Shown here: positions 1-10,048 of the stretch, in pieces
Position numbering within the stretch: the first letter of the stretch is position 1
Layout of the letters: each line of letters starts with the position of its first letter
NCBI GenBank assembly: GCA_965242865.1
Contig: CBDETK010000013.1
Location: 3,904,001-3,968,000 of the forward strand
Direction of reading: 5' to 3'
DNA: 64,000 nt
Source of the DNA: Candidatus Latescibacterota bacterium
Lineage (GTDB): Bacteria; Latescibacterota; UBA2968; UBA8231
The notes under the pieces: model-generated
Databases searched by the model: none
What the model was told of the DNA's origin: nothing
What the model saw: the letters and a program-made list of their open reading frames with translations, nothing else
Program-made: the position numbers and the translations under genes

Positions 1-377
1 GCATCTACACCGGGCTGACCGTGGTCGAGTATCTGCTGGCGGACGAAGGGCCGGGCGACGGGGGCGTAGCGGTGATACCGGGTAGCCACAAGGCCAACCT
101 CGCCTGTCCGCCGAGCATGATTCGGTGGGAACAGTACCAAGAGCACGTACTCGAAGTAAACGGCAAGGCCGGCGACGCCGTGATCTTCACCGAGACTTTG
201 ACGCACGGGACCCTGCCGTGGACGGCCACCCACGAGCGGCGAGCGCTGCTGTACAAGTTCAGCCCAGGCACCCTGTCTTACGGATCGGGCGCGCACCAGA
301 CGACGTATTCCGACTACATCGAGGACATGACCGAGGAGGAACGGGCCGTGATGGAAGCGCCGCACATTCGGCGGTGA
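1..377 (+). CDS. Phytanoyl-CoA dioxygenase (PhyH) family protein, 5'-truncated by window edge
   Basis: Motifs VIPGSHK, AGDAVIFTETLTHG and RRALLYKFSP are typical of the PhyH 2OG-Fe(II) C-terminal half; stop at 375-377. Confidence 0.8.
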   Translation, partial: IYTGLTVVEYLLADEGPGDGGVAVIPGSHKANLACPPSMIRWEQYQEHVLEVNGKAGDAVIFTETLTHGTLPWTATHERRALLYKFSPGTLSYGSGAHQTTYSDYIEDMTEEERAVMEAPHIRR

Positions 378-412
378 AGCGACGAGGGCCATTCTGAAAA
401 GGAGTTTTTGCG

Positions 413-1294
413 GTGAGTGACAGCACCAGAGATCGTGTTCCAAGAGATCGCGATCTAATAAAGCCGACACTTGATGCCCTCCATCGGCTAGGGGGCAGTG
501 CTAACAATAGAGAAATCGTCAATCAAGTAATTGAAGATATGAGCCTGTCTGCTGCTATCACTCAAGTCCCGTATAGCGGAAAAGCAAATAGGACCGCGCT
601 GGAGGACAAATTGGGTTGGGCGCGAACCTACCTCAAAAAGTACGGTTTGATCGACAGTTCGGAGAGAGGCGTGTGGTCTCTTACTGCTAAAGGGCGGCAA
701 ACACAAGACGTTGACCCTCAAGCAGTTTGTGATTCTTATCATCAAGACCTGAGACAGAAACGAGCTCGCAAACAAACGAAACCTGAGGAAGACGCCTCAG
801 CCGAAGAAATCGAAACTTCAGCCGAGGAGACCGCTTCTTGGCGTGAACATTTGCTCGACACCCTCCGCAACATTCCTCCCGACGCATTTGAACGACTGTG
901 CCAAAAGCTACTGCGGGAATCGGGCTTTATTGAGGTTGAGGTCACGGGAAAATCGAGCGATGGCGGAATCGACGGGCACGGAATAATCCGCCTTGCAGGG
1001 CTGATTAGCTTTCCCGTGCTGTTCCAGTGCAAGCGCTACAGCGGTAGCGTTGGCGCGAGCGTGGTCAGGGACTTTCGCGGCGCGATGGCGGGACGGGCGG
1101 AAAAGGGCCTTATATTGACGACAGGTGGTTTCACAAAAGAGGCTCAACGAGAAGCCACCCGGGATGGAGCGACGCCAATAGACTTGATTGACGGGGACTT
1201 GCTAATGGATAAAATGAAAGAACTCAATCTCGGCGTGTCCGCCAAGATGGTCGAAGTCGTGGAAGTGGACGAGGATTGGTTCGCGTCGATTTAG
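413..1294 (+). CDS. mrr: Mrr-family type IV restriction endonuclease
   Basis: N-terminal winged helix (LGWARTYLKKYGLI..SERGVWSLT); Mrr catalytic domain FERLC..LL..GF, DGGIDG, QCKRY, IDLIDG; RBS AAGGAG upstream of GTG. Confidence 0.92.
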   Translation: MSDSTRDRVPRDRDLIKPTLDALHRLGGSANNREIVNQVIEDMSLSAAITQVPYSGKANRTALEDKLGWARTYLKKYGLIDSSERGVWSLTAKGRQTQDVDPQAVCDSYHQDLRQKRARKQTKPEEDASAEEIETSAEETASWREHLLDTLRNIPPDAFERLCQKLLRESGFIEVEVTGKSSDGGIDGHGIIRLAGLISFPVLFQCKRYSGSVGASVVRDFRGAMAGRAEKGLILTTGGFTKEAQREATRDGATPIDLIDGDLLMDKMKELNLGVSAKMVEVVEVDEDWFASI

Positions 1295-1375
1295 ACAGCT
1301 CAAGGAGTGGAGGATTTGGACTTGCCGAAGACTACGGCAGAGGCGGCGGATTTTCCGACGTGGTATGACCGCGCC

Positions 1376-2362
1376 TCACCCATGTTCTGACTCCGTTCTG
1401 TGCAATATCGTTTCAGTCATTCTTTTGAATTCCATGTAACATTTAGAAACGCTTTGGGCGTGTGAGCCAATGGCACCATCAGCCGGTTTGAGAAAAAAGA
1501 CTGGTTTTCTCGATTCCTGCGCCATGGGCATCAGGCTCTGGTAATGGCGAACTAGCCCCACCTGATTGGAATCGTCGTCTATAGATGTAAAATCTTCTGT
1601 TTGTGCAAGAACGTATTTCAGATACGTAGCCGGTATTCTCTCGACCCAGTTTTGATACGCTTTAACAGGACGCCTTTTTCGCTCGATATGCTGCATGACA
1701 ATATACCCTGCTGGTGTCATTGCGCCGGAGGGCATGTTCAGGTTGTCTGGTTTTTGTTGCAGCCTCTGTTTCCAATCACGACGCCACGTTTTCAGCGTAG
1801 GCCCGAGGTTTTTGAGACCCTGAAGAGAATAGAGGTCAGGAGCCAGAGGGGAGATTACGTAGTCTGCGGCAATCAAGGACGAGCGGTTGATCGCCCCAAG
1901 ATTTGGTCCGACATCAATCAGAACGATATTCGCACCAACCTGCTCAGCAGCCGTATAAATGACCCGGTAAAACGCAGTGATAGCACGGAATGCGGCAGGG
2001 TCACGATCTAAGCAGCGAGGCCAACTGTCCGAGAGCTTATCCTCAAATCGGGACAGCCCAAGATCACCAGGAATCAGGTGCAGGCCGTCCTGAATGATCT
2101 CCGTATGCGCCGGCGCAATATCGCCAGTTCCTTCTAAAATTGGCGAAATACAAGGCAGAATACTCTGGTGTTTTTGCTCCTCCTCCGGCCAGATTTTTTC
2201 CAGTCGCTCTTCATCCAGAAACATGCTCGAAAGATTAGCCTGCGGATCCAGATCAGCTGCCAGTACCTTTTGCTCCAGCTCCATCATCATCCAAGCAATA
2301 TGATAGACCAATGTCGTTTTCCCCACACCGCCCTTGTTATTGAAAAAGGCGATTGTTTTCAT
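1376..2362 (-). CDS. ParA/Soj-like ATPase (long, stand-alone type)
   Basis: Deviant Walker A FNNKGGVGKTT, DLDPQANL, LIDVGPNLG; start overlaps the upstream gene stop (ATGA). Confidence 0.88.
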   Translation of the reverse strand: MKTIAFFNNKGGVGKTTLVYHIAWMMMELEQKVLAADLDPQANLSSMFLDEERLEKIWPEEEQKHQSILPCISPILEGTGDIAPAHTEIIQDGLHLIPGDLGLSRFEDKLSDSWPRCLDRDPAAFRAITAFYRVIYTAAEQVGANIVLIDVGPNLGAINRSSLIAADYVISPLAPDLYSLQGLKNLGPTLKTWRRDWKQRLQQKPDNLNMPSGAMTPAGYIVMQHIERKRRPVKAYQNWVERIPATYLKYVLAQTEDFTSIDDDSNQVGLVRHYQSLMPMAQESRKPVFFLKPADGAIGSHAQSVSKCYMEFKRMTETILHRTESEHG

Positions 2363-3543
2363 GGCTTGGCCTCCAACACCGTTACAAGAAAATAGGATAC
2401 TTGGCTAATATCAAATTCAGCAGGCTGGTTGCCGTTTTTTTGTAGGGCAGCTTGGACTGTCGCTATCCCACGCCCGAACTGATTGACATACGCAAGATTT
2501 TTCATGGCCTCGGCTAGTTTGGGATTCCGGTAATCGTTCTGGTTCGGGAAATCAGCGGCAGCACCGTAAAGCCCGCCCGGATTCTGAATTTCGATCCGAT
2601 CAGAAAACCAATAAAAACGAATCGGTGCATTCGACTGATAGTCGCGATGCATAACCGCATTCATCAGTAATTCGCGAATGGCTCGTCGTGGGTACGGAGT
2701 TACCTGTTTTTCTCGTAACGCGGAGAGCGGAATGGGACGGGATGGAAAGAGCGTTTGCATGAACGCATCTAATGCGTGAAGGCTTGTAGGCAGATCGCCT
2801 GTGAATCTGCGCTCGTCAAGAATGTCAGATTCCAATTCGGCCCCAGCATAGCGGACGTATTGAATATACGAACCTGGCAACCAATTTTGTGGCACTTCCG
2901 AAAACAACAGGGCTCCAGCGTTCGTGACACACTGGTTCTGTACGTCCCATAACCCCAGAGCGGCCATTTGCTGCAATATGTCGCGATTGTTCTCTTCGAT
3001 GGCCTCTGGAGCCAAGGCAGCGTTTCGGTAATCATGGAAGAGTGAATAGACGATCTGATCTTGGCCACAACCAATACAGAGCCGCATATCAAATGTCTTG
3101 GCGCGGTGTATCCGACGCTCGATGAGTATGCGTTCGTCCTGTTCGTTAGCGATGCCCTGACGCGGACCAACTCGGATCCAGACCCGCCCGCGGTAGCGGA
3201 CCGGTGGCATATCAGACGGCTGTACTTCCACCACAGCAATATCGCCTTCGGGGAAAGAGCGTTTTTGAACGGTAAGAGACGGCAGGGGAACAATTTGACC
3301 GGAGTCGCGATGACTGGCAAGACCCTGAAGAAGCTGATCTGTGATCTCAATACCTGCAATTTTTCCGGTTTCATCCTCTGCACCGATAAGCAGATAGCCT
3401 GGTTTTCCGTGATTCGGCAGGTCGTTGGCAAAGGCGCAAATAGCGTTGCAGAATTTGGCCGTATCTTTCGTGGAAACGGTACGCTCCACATTGTCGGCCT
3501 CTATATCTGTCAAAAGAGCCTTGATTTCTTCATCGGTCAACAC
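2359..3543 (-). CDS. AlbA_2 (Schlafen-like) domain + HATPase_c_4 ('RecG C-terminal-like') ATP-binding protein
   Basis: ICAFANDLP..G.LLIG N-terminal domain; YP..AIRELLMNAVMHRDY, DRIEIQNPGGL, YRNPKLAEAM, G.GI C-terminal motifs; probable start GTG 3543 or TTG 3540 after RBS AGGAGAGG. Confidence 0.85.
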   Translation of the reverse strand: MLTDEEIKALLTDIEADNVERTVSTKDTAKFCNAICAFANDLPNHGKPGYLLIGAEDETGKIAGIEITDQLLQGLASHRDSGQIVPLPSLTVQKRSFPEGDIAVVEVQPSDMPPVRYRGRVWIRVGPRQGIANEQDERILIERRIHRAKTFDMRLCIGCGQDQIVYSLFHDYRNAALAPEAIEENNRDILQQMAALGLWDVQNQCVTNAGALLFSEVPQNWLPGSYIQYVRYAGAELESDILDERRFTGDLPTSLHALDAFMQTLFPSRPIPLSALREKQVTPYPRRAIRELLMNAVMHRDYQSNAPIRFYWFSDRIEIQNPGGLYGAAADFPNQNDYRNPKLAEAMKNLAYVNQFGRGIATVQAALQKNGNQPAEFDISQVSYFLVTVLEAKP

Positions 3544-4447
3544 GGGACCTCTCCTTTGGCGAGCAATCAAATGTCCGCGTCAGAAATTTATCCATCGCTG
3601 GAAAGACGGAGTAAAACTTGTCAATCGCAGGAGCGTCCGCCGGGACTGGCAACTCTATCATTTCCGCTCGATCCAGCAGAGACAGGAGTCGCTCAGCGCT
3701 TTGTCGCGGATGTATTTCATCGTCACCCGGCACAAGCATAACCGGGAACGAAATCGAGCGTATATCCTCTTCAGTCAGCCCCGCGGGCCAACTCATCGAC
3801 AAGAGGAATTCACCCCAGCGACGAGTTGTTTCGGCAAACAACTGCGGGTCTAGCGCTAAAACGCGCGCTCGATTGCTTGGATTTCGATAGATCGTTTGTG
3901 CCAACCAAGTGCCTCGTTCAGAGGGTTGCCCCTGCAACTCACCAACCCACGACTCTGTTGACGCATCAATCGCGGCCTGCATCCCCCCACGTTCCGCTAC
4001 TTCTGCGAGACTAAAGCAATGCTTATATACACTGGGTCTAATCAAGGCGGTATCGTCGGTCGGTGGAGAGAGTAGAATGAGCGATTTTACCGCTGCTGGG
4101 TATCGATGCGCCATCCAAAGCGACAAACTGCTACCGGCCGACGCGCCAGCAAAACAAGCGGGTCCCACCCCCAAGTTTCGCAGGAGTGCATAAAGATCCT
4201 CTACGTCTGTCGTCATGTAGTTTGGACTATCCGATAGGGCGACATCAGACGCTCCAAATCCATTGCGTCGATCCCAAATCAGCACGGAGTATTGACGAGA
4301 AAAATGACCCGCCACCAAGTAACTCCATTCGTTGCGGCCAAAGCGACCCCCTTCCGTCCACACCAGCAGCGGTCCTTTACCAAAGACTTCATATACAATG
4401 GACGCACCATTCACAGTCATTGTGGGCATTGATTGTAGGCTGATCAC
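3530..4447 (-). CDS. Alpha/beta fold hydrolase
   Basis: WDRRN.G.S, nucleophile elbow GASAG, D...HP near the C-terminus. Confidence 0.8.
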   Translation of the reverse strand: MISLQSMPTMTVNGASIVYEVFGKGPLLVWTEGGRFGRNEWSYLVAGHFSRQYSVLIWDRRNGFGASDVALSDSPNYMTTDVEDLYALLRNLGVGPACFAGASAGSSLSLWMAHRYPAAVKSLILLSPPTDDTALIRPSVYKHCFSLAEVAERGGMQAAIDASTESWVGELQGQPSERGTWLAQTIYRNPSNRARVLALDPQLFAETTRRWGEFLLSMSWPAGLTEEDIRSISFPVMLVPGDDEIHPRQSAERLLSLLDRAEMIELPVPADAPAIDKFYSVFPAMDKFLTRTFDCSPKERSRVDR

Positions 4448-6315
4448 TTAACGCCGCGCAGTAGGAACACGCGGTCGCTGTTGAAGTAGTTGCCGACCCG
4501 CTCGTCGCGGTACGCACCACCGGCGATCAGCAGGCGGCCGTTGACCGCGGCGGCCGCGCCCCAGCTAACCGGCAGGGGCAGGTCGGGGACGCGACGCCAC
4601 TGACCGGTATCCGGCGCGTAGGCAAAGGCCGCCGTCTGGCCGCTATCGGCCCCTCGACCGCCCATGACCCAGACGCTGCCAGCAAAAGCCGTACACAGCG
4701 GGGCACTCGGAGGGCGCGCCGGATGCTCAATTTGGCTCCAGCTATCACGCTCGGGGTCATAGACGAATAGACCCGGACACTGGGACGAGGGACCGGCGGC
4801 GATGTAGAGCTTGCCGTCCAGAACGCAGCCGCTGGCCTGCGACACGGGGCCGGGCGCGGGCGCGTCAACCCGCCAACTCGTCTCCCCAACCCCAATGCTC
4901 AGGACCTCTGCCATCGGGCCTTCGTCGTCGGCACCGCCCACGGCGTACAACCGGCCATTGACCGCGAGGGCCACTACTTGCCCGGCTTTGCGGGGCAGCG
5001 GCGGCCCGAGACGATAACGCCGCGTGTGGGGATCGAAGATCTCGACGGTCGCGGTCGCCCGCGTCCTGTTGCCGGCGCGGAAGTGCCCCCCTAAAAGCCA
5101 GAGCTCGTCGTTGAGGGCGGCGATGCCGGAATACGCCTTGCCCGGCTCGAGCATGGGCGGCTCCACGCGCCAAGTCCCCGAGGGGATGTGATAGGACCAC
5201 ACGTGGTCGAGGTTTACCCACTCCGACGCTGGCCAGCCGAAGAAGGTCTTGCCCCCGGCCGTGTACAGCCGATCCCCAATGCGAGCAAAGATGTGGTCGT
5301 GATTGCCCGCTGGCATGGGCGGCTGCTCGTCCCAGTGCTCGTGCCAAGGACGTGCGAGGTCGGCAAGACCCTGCACCCGCCCCGCCCTCAACACCCAGAG
5401 GCTACCGGACCGGGCCTGTAGCAACGCCTGCACCGGGCCGTCCTCGCCGGCCTGAATCAGCCGCCAAGCCGGTGGGCCGGCCGCTTCTACAATCAGCTCG
5501 CGCAGGCTGCCATCGGCAAAGCCGACTACGAGCTGACCGGTGCCGCGTGCAATCGCGGTGATGCGGGCATCAACCGGGTTGGCAAAGGAGCGATGAGGGC
5601 CGGACGAGCGGGGATCAACGCGCAAGACAGAGGCGTCCAAGGCCACCCAGATGAAGCCGGCGTCGTCGGTGACAGCACCCTGCCAAGAGCCAGCGAGTTG
5701 ATGCGCCGGCAGGTCGAGGAGCTGCCAGCCGTGGGGATGTTGATTCGTCAGAACGGCTATGTCCCGCCGCTGGCTGTCCTCGGCGATGGCCCACACGTTG
5801 CCGAAGGGGTCGTCGCCCACCGGCGTGATCGCCCACCCGGACGGTGCGGATGGCGCGGGCTCAAACATGGCGTCTCCCCGACGCACCGCACCGCACCCGG
5901 CGCACCAAACGTCGCCCCACCGCGTCGCCAGCAGCGGTCCGGGAGACCCCTTGAGTCGGAAAGAAGGCGTCCGGGCGACCGGCTCTCCGCCCGGACGCGG
6001 AGAGCGCAGGACCTCGTCGTCGAGGGCCAGCCACGCATCCCCGTCCGGGGCAATCTGTAGGCCCTCAACGCGCCCCTGGCCGAAAACCTCCCAAGCGTTG
6101 GCGTCGTCCGGGGTGTTGCGAGCGACGATTCCCCCGGCACCAAGAACGGCGGCGTATATCCGGCCATCGCGGTCTTCGAGGAGGAGGCCCGGCCCGTCGG
6201 GCAAAGTGTCGGCCGCGGCAAGGCCAGCGGAAATGAGCATGAGGCAACCTATTCGATAGAGGAATCGGAGTGCGATGGAATTGAGCAGCATTGTGGCCAG
6301 TTTCTCCGGTTGCAT
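4444..6315 (-). CDS. Secreted beta-propeller protein with C-terminal Kelch repeats
   Basis: Repeated (L/V)Y..GG...W Kelch units (LYTAGG, LWLLGG, LYAVGG, VWVMGG, LLIAGG); N-terminal hydrophobic signal-like segment; exact start uncertain. Confidence 0.75.
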   Translation of the reverse strand: MQPEKLATMLLNSIALRFLYRIGCLMLISAGLAAADTLPDGPGLLLEDRDGRIYAAVLGAGGIVARNTPDDANAWEVFGQGRVEGLQIAPDGDAWLALDDEVLRSPRPGGEPVARTPSFRLKGSPGPLLATRWGDVWCAGCGAVRRGDAMFEPAPSAPSGWAITPVGDDPFGNVWAIAEDSQRRDIAVLTNQHPHGWQLLDLPAHQLAGSWQGAVTDDAGFIWVALDASVLRVDPRSSGPHRSFANPVDARITAIARGTGQLVVGFADGSLRELIVEAAGPPAWRLIQAGEDGPVQALLQARSGSLWVLRAGRVQGLADLARPWHEHWDEQPPMPAGNHDHIFARIGDRLYTAGGKTFFGWPASEWVNLDHVWSYHIPSGTWRVEPPMLEPGKAYSGIAALNDELWLLGGHFRAGNRTRATATVEIFDPHTRRYRLGPPLPRKAGQVVALAVNGRLYAVGGADDEGPMAEVLSIGVGETSWRVDAPAPGPVSQASGCVLDGKLYIAAGPSSQCPGLFVYDPERDSWSQIEHPARPPSAPLCTAFAGSVWVMGGRGADSGQTAAFAYAPDTGQWRRVPDLPLPVSWGAAAAVNGRLLIAGGAYRDERVGNYFNSDRVFLLRGVK

Positions 6316-6322
6316 GGTATAC

Positions 6323-8731
6323 TTACCGCAGCAACAACATGCGGCGGGTTATGACAAAGGAGGAGCCTTCCAGACGGTAGATATAGACACCACTGGCCGC
6401 CTCTTGGCCCCTCTCGTCCTTACCGTCCCAAGCGAGTACGTGCGCCCCGGCCGCAAGATGGCCATCGGTCAGCACACGCACGATCTGGCCGGCTAGGTTG
6501 TAGATAACCAGACGTGTAGGACCGGCCATGTTGGCGGGGATTTGGAAGGAAATTACCGTGGAGGCATTGAAGGGGTTGGGGGCGTTCTGCTGCAAGAAGG
6601 GGCGGGCGGCCTCGGTGCGCAATCGGTACGCTTGTCCCTCGATCACCACCACCATATCCAGACCCAACCCAACAAAAGGAGCCAATGCGTCCGGGCCTAG
6701 AGCGTCGGAGCCGACCTCAACGATGTTCATGCCCAACTGGAACGCTATATCGACCCATAGCGCGTCCTCGCGGTAGAAAGACCGACCGAGCCAAGTCGCC
6801 ATTTCAAATTCGTCCTCCACCGCAGTAGAAACGAACAAATCGCCCACGGCCGAGTCTTCGGTCCCCTCGGGCAGAGGCAAGGGCACTGACACGGTCTCTA
6901 AGCCATCCTCGTTGCGAATGTGGCGGTCAATGGCGACAAAGGAGGTGTACTCGGTTAGCAGGTTGTAAGCCAAGCCTAGCTGCGTGATTTGGGGGCGCAG
7001 GTTGTCGCTGTAACTGGCTTGTTCATCGTCGCTCAGTTGGTCAATGCGGTGGCGTGCCCACAAATAGCGCAGGGCCCTGTTGGTAGGCTTGGCTTGGAAG
7101 GCGGATACATCGAATTGGGCGTTGTACACTTGGTCGCCAGTGCGGCCTCCCAACAGCACCGTGCCTGCGGCCGCGCCGCGCCACTTGCCAAAAACGACGA
7201 TCGGCCGATCGGCCAGCATATCGGGGATGAAGGCCGGTTCCACTTCGTAAGCATCAAAGCCGGCAAAGCCGGCCTCCACTTGGGTGAGGATAGGGGTGCT
7301 GATATAGGTCTGGAAACGAGCGGCCTCGTCGGGGGCCAGTCCTTCTTCAATAACCACAAAAGGCTCGCCTTGGCCGGCCCGGGCGAGGCCCTCAATGAGG
7401 AAGCGGTTGACCGATGAGCCAATGCCAAAGGCAAATAGACTGGCTTGGCCCAAACGCTGGCGCACTAGCTGAAAGGCGGCTGCTTCAAAGCCGACTTTAC
7501 CATCGGTGATCACCGCGATGATACGGGCATAGCCCTCCCCGGCCAAAGGCAGGTTGAAAGCACTGCGGAGCCCACGGAGCAGTTCGGTGCCGCCGCCGCC
7601 CTGTTGACCGTCAATGAGGGCCCAAGCTCGGTCAATATGTTCTTGAGTGGCCGGCAGCGAGCGTTGTTCGCTCAAAACGGCGGCCGCGCCGGCGAATAGG
7701 ACGATGTTGAAGCGGTCTTCGGGACGCAACTGGCCGAGCAGGTTTTTCATCAGACCTTTTGATACGGTGAGGGGGAAGCCCCTCATGGAGCCGGATATGT
7801 CGATTACAAAGATGTATTCGCGCGGTGGGATCTGGCTCGGAACTGGGCGGGCGGGCGGCTGGGCCATGAGCAGAAAGAAATTCTCCTCTTCGCCTTCGTA
7901 CAACAGCAAGCCCGACTCGACCTGTTGACCGGCTAGCTGGTAGCGCAAAATAAAATCGCGGTTGCCGCCAAAACCGTCCGCCGGGTCGAGGGTCAGGCGC
8001 AATTCATCCGGGGCGTCCTGCTCGACGATCACTGCGTGGCTGGGACAATCGTACGCTTGGATGGACAGCCCGGCGGCCAGACACATCTCGATCGCATAGG
8101 TGTAGTTGGGATCTTCGCCCTCGTGCAAATAGGGAATGCGATCGGCGCCGCCTGGGGCCAGAATTTCGTTGACAGCCTCGGGGGAATAGCGCGGACCGAC
8201 CACGGTGGGCAGGACGAATTCGTACTGTTTTTCCGTCGGCACCAATAATTCCGTATAGGACAGGCGCACGGCAATGGAGTCGCCCGGCAGGATATTGGCC
8301 ACGTTCATTCTGAAGACGTTGGGGCGCTCCTGTTCGAGAAGGGAAGCGGTCTGGCCCTGCTCGCGCGCCTCTTCGTATTCCCGACGGGCCTGCTCGCGCT
8401 CGCGGATTTCGGCGGTAATTTCGCGGTCGCCGGTGCGCATCACCATGCCGTACACCGCGGCCCGGGTCGAGGCCGGGAATAGGTACACGGCTTCGAGCGG
8501 GCGAGTGCCTTCGTTGCGATACACCTGCTCGATGGTCACGTCGGCGATGACCCCGGCAATGTGGACTTGGGCAGCCACTGACTTGAGCGGCAGTTGGTCC
8601 ACCGACGGATCATCGGTATCGACGAAGAAGAAAGGAGCTAGGGTCTTGTCGGCTGCGAATGGGGCTTGTTGGGCCGAGGCAGCTACGGTTCCCAGCAGAA
8701 AGACCAATGCAGTGAATCTATGTACGTTCAT
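6323..8731 (-). CDS. Secreted VIT + von Willebrand A domain protein with C-terminal FlgD-Ig-like domain
   Basis: Signal peptide; VIT (LEAVYLFP, ASLLEQERPNVF); MIDAS DISGSM and ITDG; tail QNAPNPFN...WDGKDERG..AASGVYIYRL. Confidence 0.88.
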   Translation of the reverse strand: MNVHRFTALVFLLGTVAASAQQAPFAADKTLAPFFFVDTDDPSVDQLPLKSVAAQVHIAGVIADVTIEQVYRNEGTRPLEAVYLFPASTRAAVYGMVMRTGDREITAEIREREQARREYEEAREQGQTASLLEQERPNVFRMNVANILPGDSIAVRLSYTELLVPTEKQYEFVLPTVVGPRYSPEAVNEILAPGGADRIPYLHEGEDPNYTYAIEMCLAAGLSIQAYDCPSHAVIVEQDAPDELRLTLDPADGFGGNRDFILRYQLAGQQVESGLLLYEGEEENFFLLMAQPPARPVPSQIPPREYIFVIDISGSMRGFPLTVSKGLMKNLLGQLRPEDRFNIVLFAGAAAVLSEQRSLPATQEHIDRAWALIDGQQGGGGTELLRGLRSAFNLPLAGEGYARIIAVITDGKVGFEAAAFQLVRQRLGQASLFAFGIGSSVNRFLIEGLARAGQGEPFVVIEEGLAPDEAARFQTYISTPILTQVEAGFAGFDAYEVEPAFIPDMLADRPIVVFGKWRGAAAGTVLLGGRTGDQVYNAQFDVSAFQAKPTNRALRYLWARHRIDQLSDDEQASYSDNLRPQITQLGLAYNLLTEYTSFVAIDRHIRNEDGLETVSVPLPLPEGTEDSAVGDLFVSTAVEDEFEMATWLGRSFYREDALWVDIAFQLGMNIVEVGSDALGPDALAPFVGLGLDMVVVIEGQAYRLRTEAARPFLQQNAPNPFNASTVISFQIPANMAGPTRLVIYNLAGQIVRVLTDGHLAAGAHVLAWDGKDERGQEAASGVYIYRLEGSSFVITRRMLLLR

Positions 8732-8785
8732 TAGTTATACCTCTCTGGAGTGAGCAGTGCTCAAGGCAGCGCACCGCTTGGCGGC

Positions 8786-9193
8786 TCATCTGTTGTGCCG
8801 CTCGCCATAAGGAACTTCGCACGCCGCATCGGCGCATTCGACCCGGCCGAACCGATGCCGATTGCGTGCGACGAGGGCGTAGCCGGCGCGAAAGAGTTGC
8901 TTCAGCCCCGGAATGCGGTACACCCCGGCGAACCAATGCCACGGCGGAAGCCGGCGATAAATCTGGTACACGGCATCCGCCCCAACATCAACCTGCCCGT
9001 CGGCTTGGATGAGGCGCAGGCCGGTGTTAAAGTCGGAATGGGCGAGGACCGGGAACCGCTCTTCAATGCCGGTCGTTTGGCGCGGCAGGTACTCGAAGCG
9101 GCCGGTGCGGTCAAAGCGGCGAATGCGGCCGACGCTCCACAGGCAGAAGCGGCATTCGCCGTCGTACACGATTACGGGACGAGATTCGCTCAT
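8786..9193 (-). CDS. DCC1-like thiol-disulfide oxidoreductase (DUF393)
   Basis: YDGECRFC (DxxCxxC) and YALVARNRHR motifs; ATG at 9193. Confidence 0.88.
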   Translation of the reverse strand: MSESRPVIVYDGECRFCLWSVGRIRRFDRTGRFEYLPRQTTGIEERFPVLAHSDFNTGLRLIQADGQVDVGADAVYQIYRRLPPWHWFAGVYRIPGLKQLFRAGYALVARNRHRFGRVECADAACEVPYGERHNR

Positions 9194-9256
9194 TTTAAGA
9201 TGCCCTCTGCATTGCAAGTATGACGATTATACCCTTATTACCCGCCACCCGCCACC

Positions 9257-10027
9257 TCAGCACCGCCGCCGCCGGATCATGCGCAGCACCCAATAGGCCC
9301 CCAAGGCCCCGAGCAGGTGCTTGCAAGTATGGCCGCTGATCAATCCTCCGGCCGCATAGAGGGCTTGGTCAAACACCTCGGCGGCTTTCGCGAGCAGATA
9401 AAACAGGCTGGCGACGTAGATATGGGACCCATGCGTGTATGGCGACGGCAGCAGGCGAACCATGAGGGGCACGAATAGAATCGGGTAGGCTTGGGCGACG
9501 ATGTAATACCGGAGGTCTCCGGCCCCGGCCCGCTCGGTATAGTACCAGTACAACACGCTGAAAAGGCCAAAGGCGATCAACGGCAGCAAGGTAATGATGC
9601 CTGCGCGCCGATCGAGACGCTCGGCGATTGCCGTAGCGAGAAACGCCATAAACGCAATGCTCATCGGCAGGCGATCCCACAGGAGCGTTTCATTGCTGGG
9701 CGCGAGGTGATAGTAGGTGGAGCCGAGGCCGACCAGTGCCACCGCGAGGAAGAGGATCTGATAGGCCAGCGAATCGACCGGACGCACAAACGCCTGCTGC
9801 GCGGGATCGGCGGCGAGGCGAAACACGACGCGGAACCCCCACAGCCCGACCAACAGAAAGGGCAGGTTGGAGATCACGTTCAGGCAATGGGGAATGCCCA
9901 GCAGGGTGCGCTGATCGGCGAACTGGTGATAGGCGGGGTCTTGCGGAATGGGTGCTTGCAGGAAGATGACCGCCCAGAAGACGACCGTCAGGTAAGCAAT
10001 CAGCCGGAGGCGGTGATCGCGCTTCAT
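9257..10027 (-). CDS. Ceramidase-domain (alkaline phytoceramidase-like) membrane protein
   Basis: PIPQDPAYHQFADQR, SNLPF, GSTYYH, WDRLPM, SGHTCKH; multiple transmembrane helices. Confidence 0.85.
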   Translation of the reverse strand: MKRDHRLRLIAYLTVVFWAVIFLQAPIPQDPAYHQFADQRTLLGIPHCLNVISNLPFLLVGLWGFRVVFRLAADPAQQAFVRPVDSLAYQILFLAVALVGLGSTYYHLAPSNETLLWDRLPMSIAFMAFLATAIAERLDRRAGIITLLPLIAFGLFSVLYWYYTERAGAGDLRYYIVAQAYPILFVPLMVRLLPSPYTHGSHIYVASLFYLLAKAAEVFDQALYAAGGLISGHTCKHLLGALGAYWVLRMIRRRRC

Positions 10028-10048
10028 TGAGGCTCTAACTTTCCTCGT

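Noticed and set aside
1376-2362. Plasmid or chromosome partition locus
   Set aside because: No parB, parS-like repeats or rep gene nearby; the context is chromosomal.
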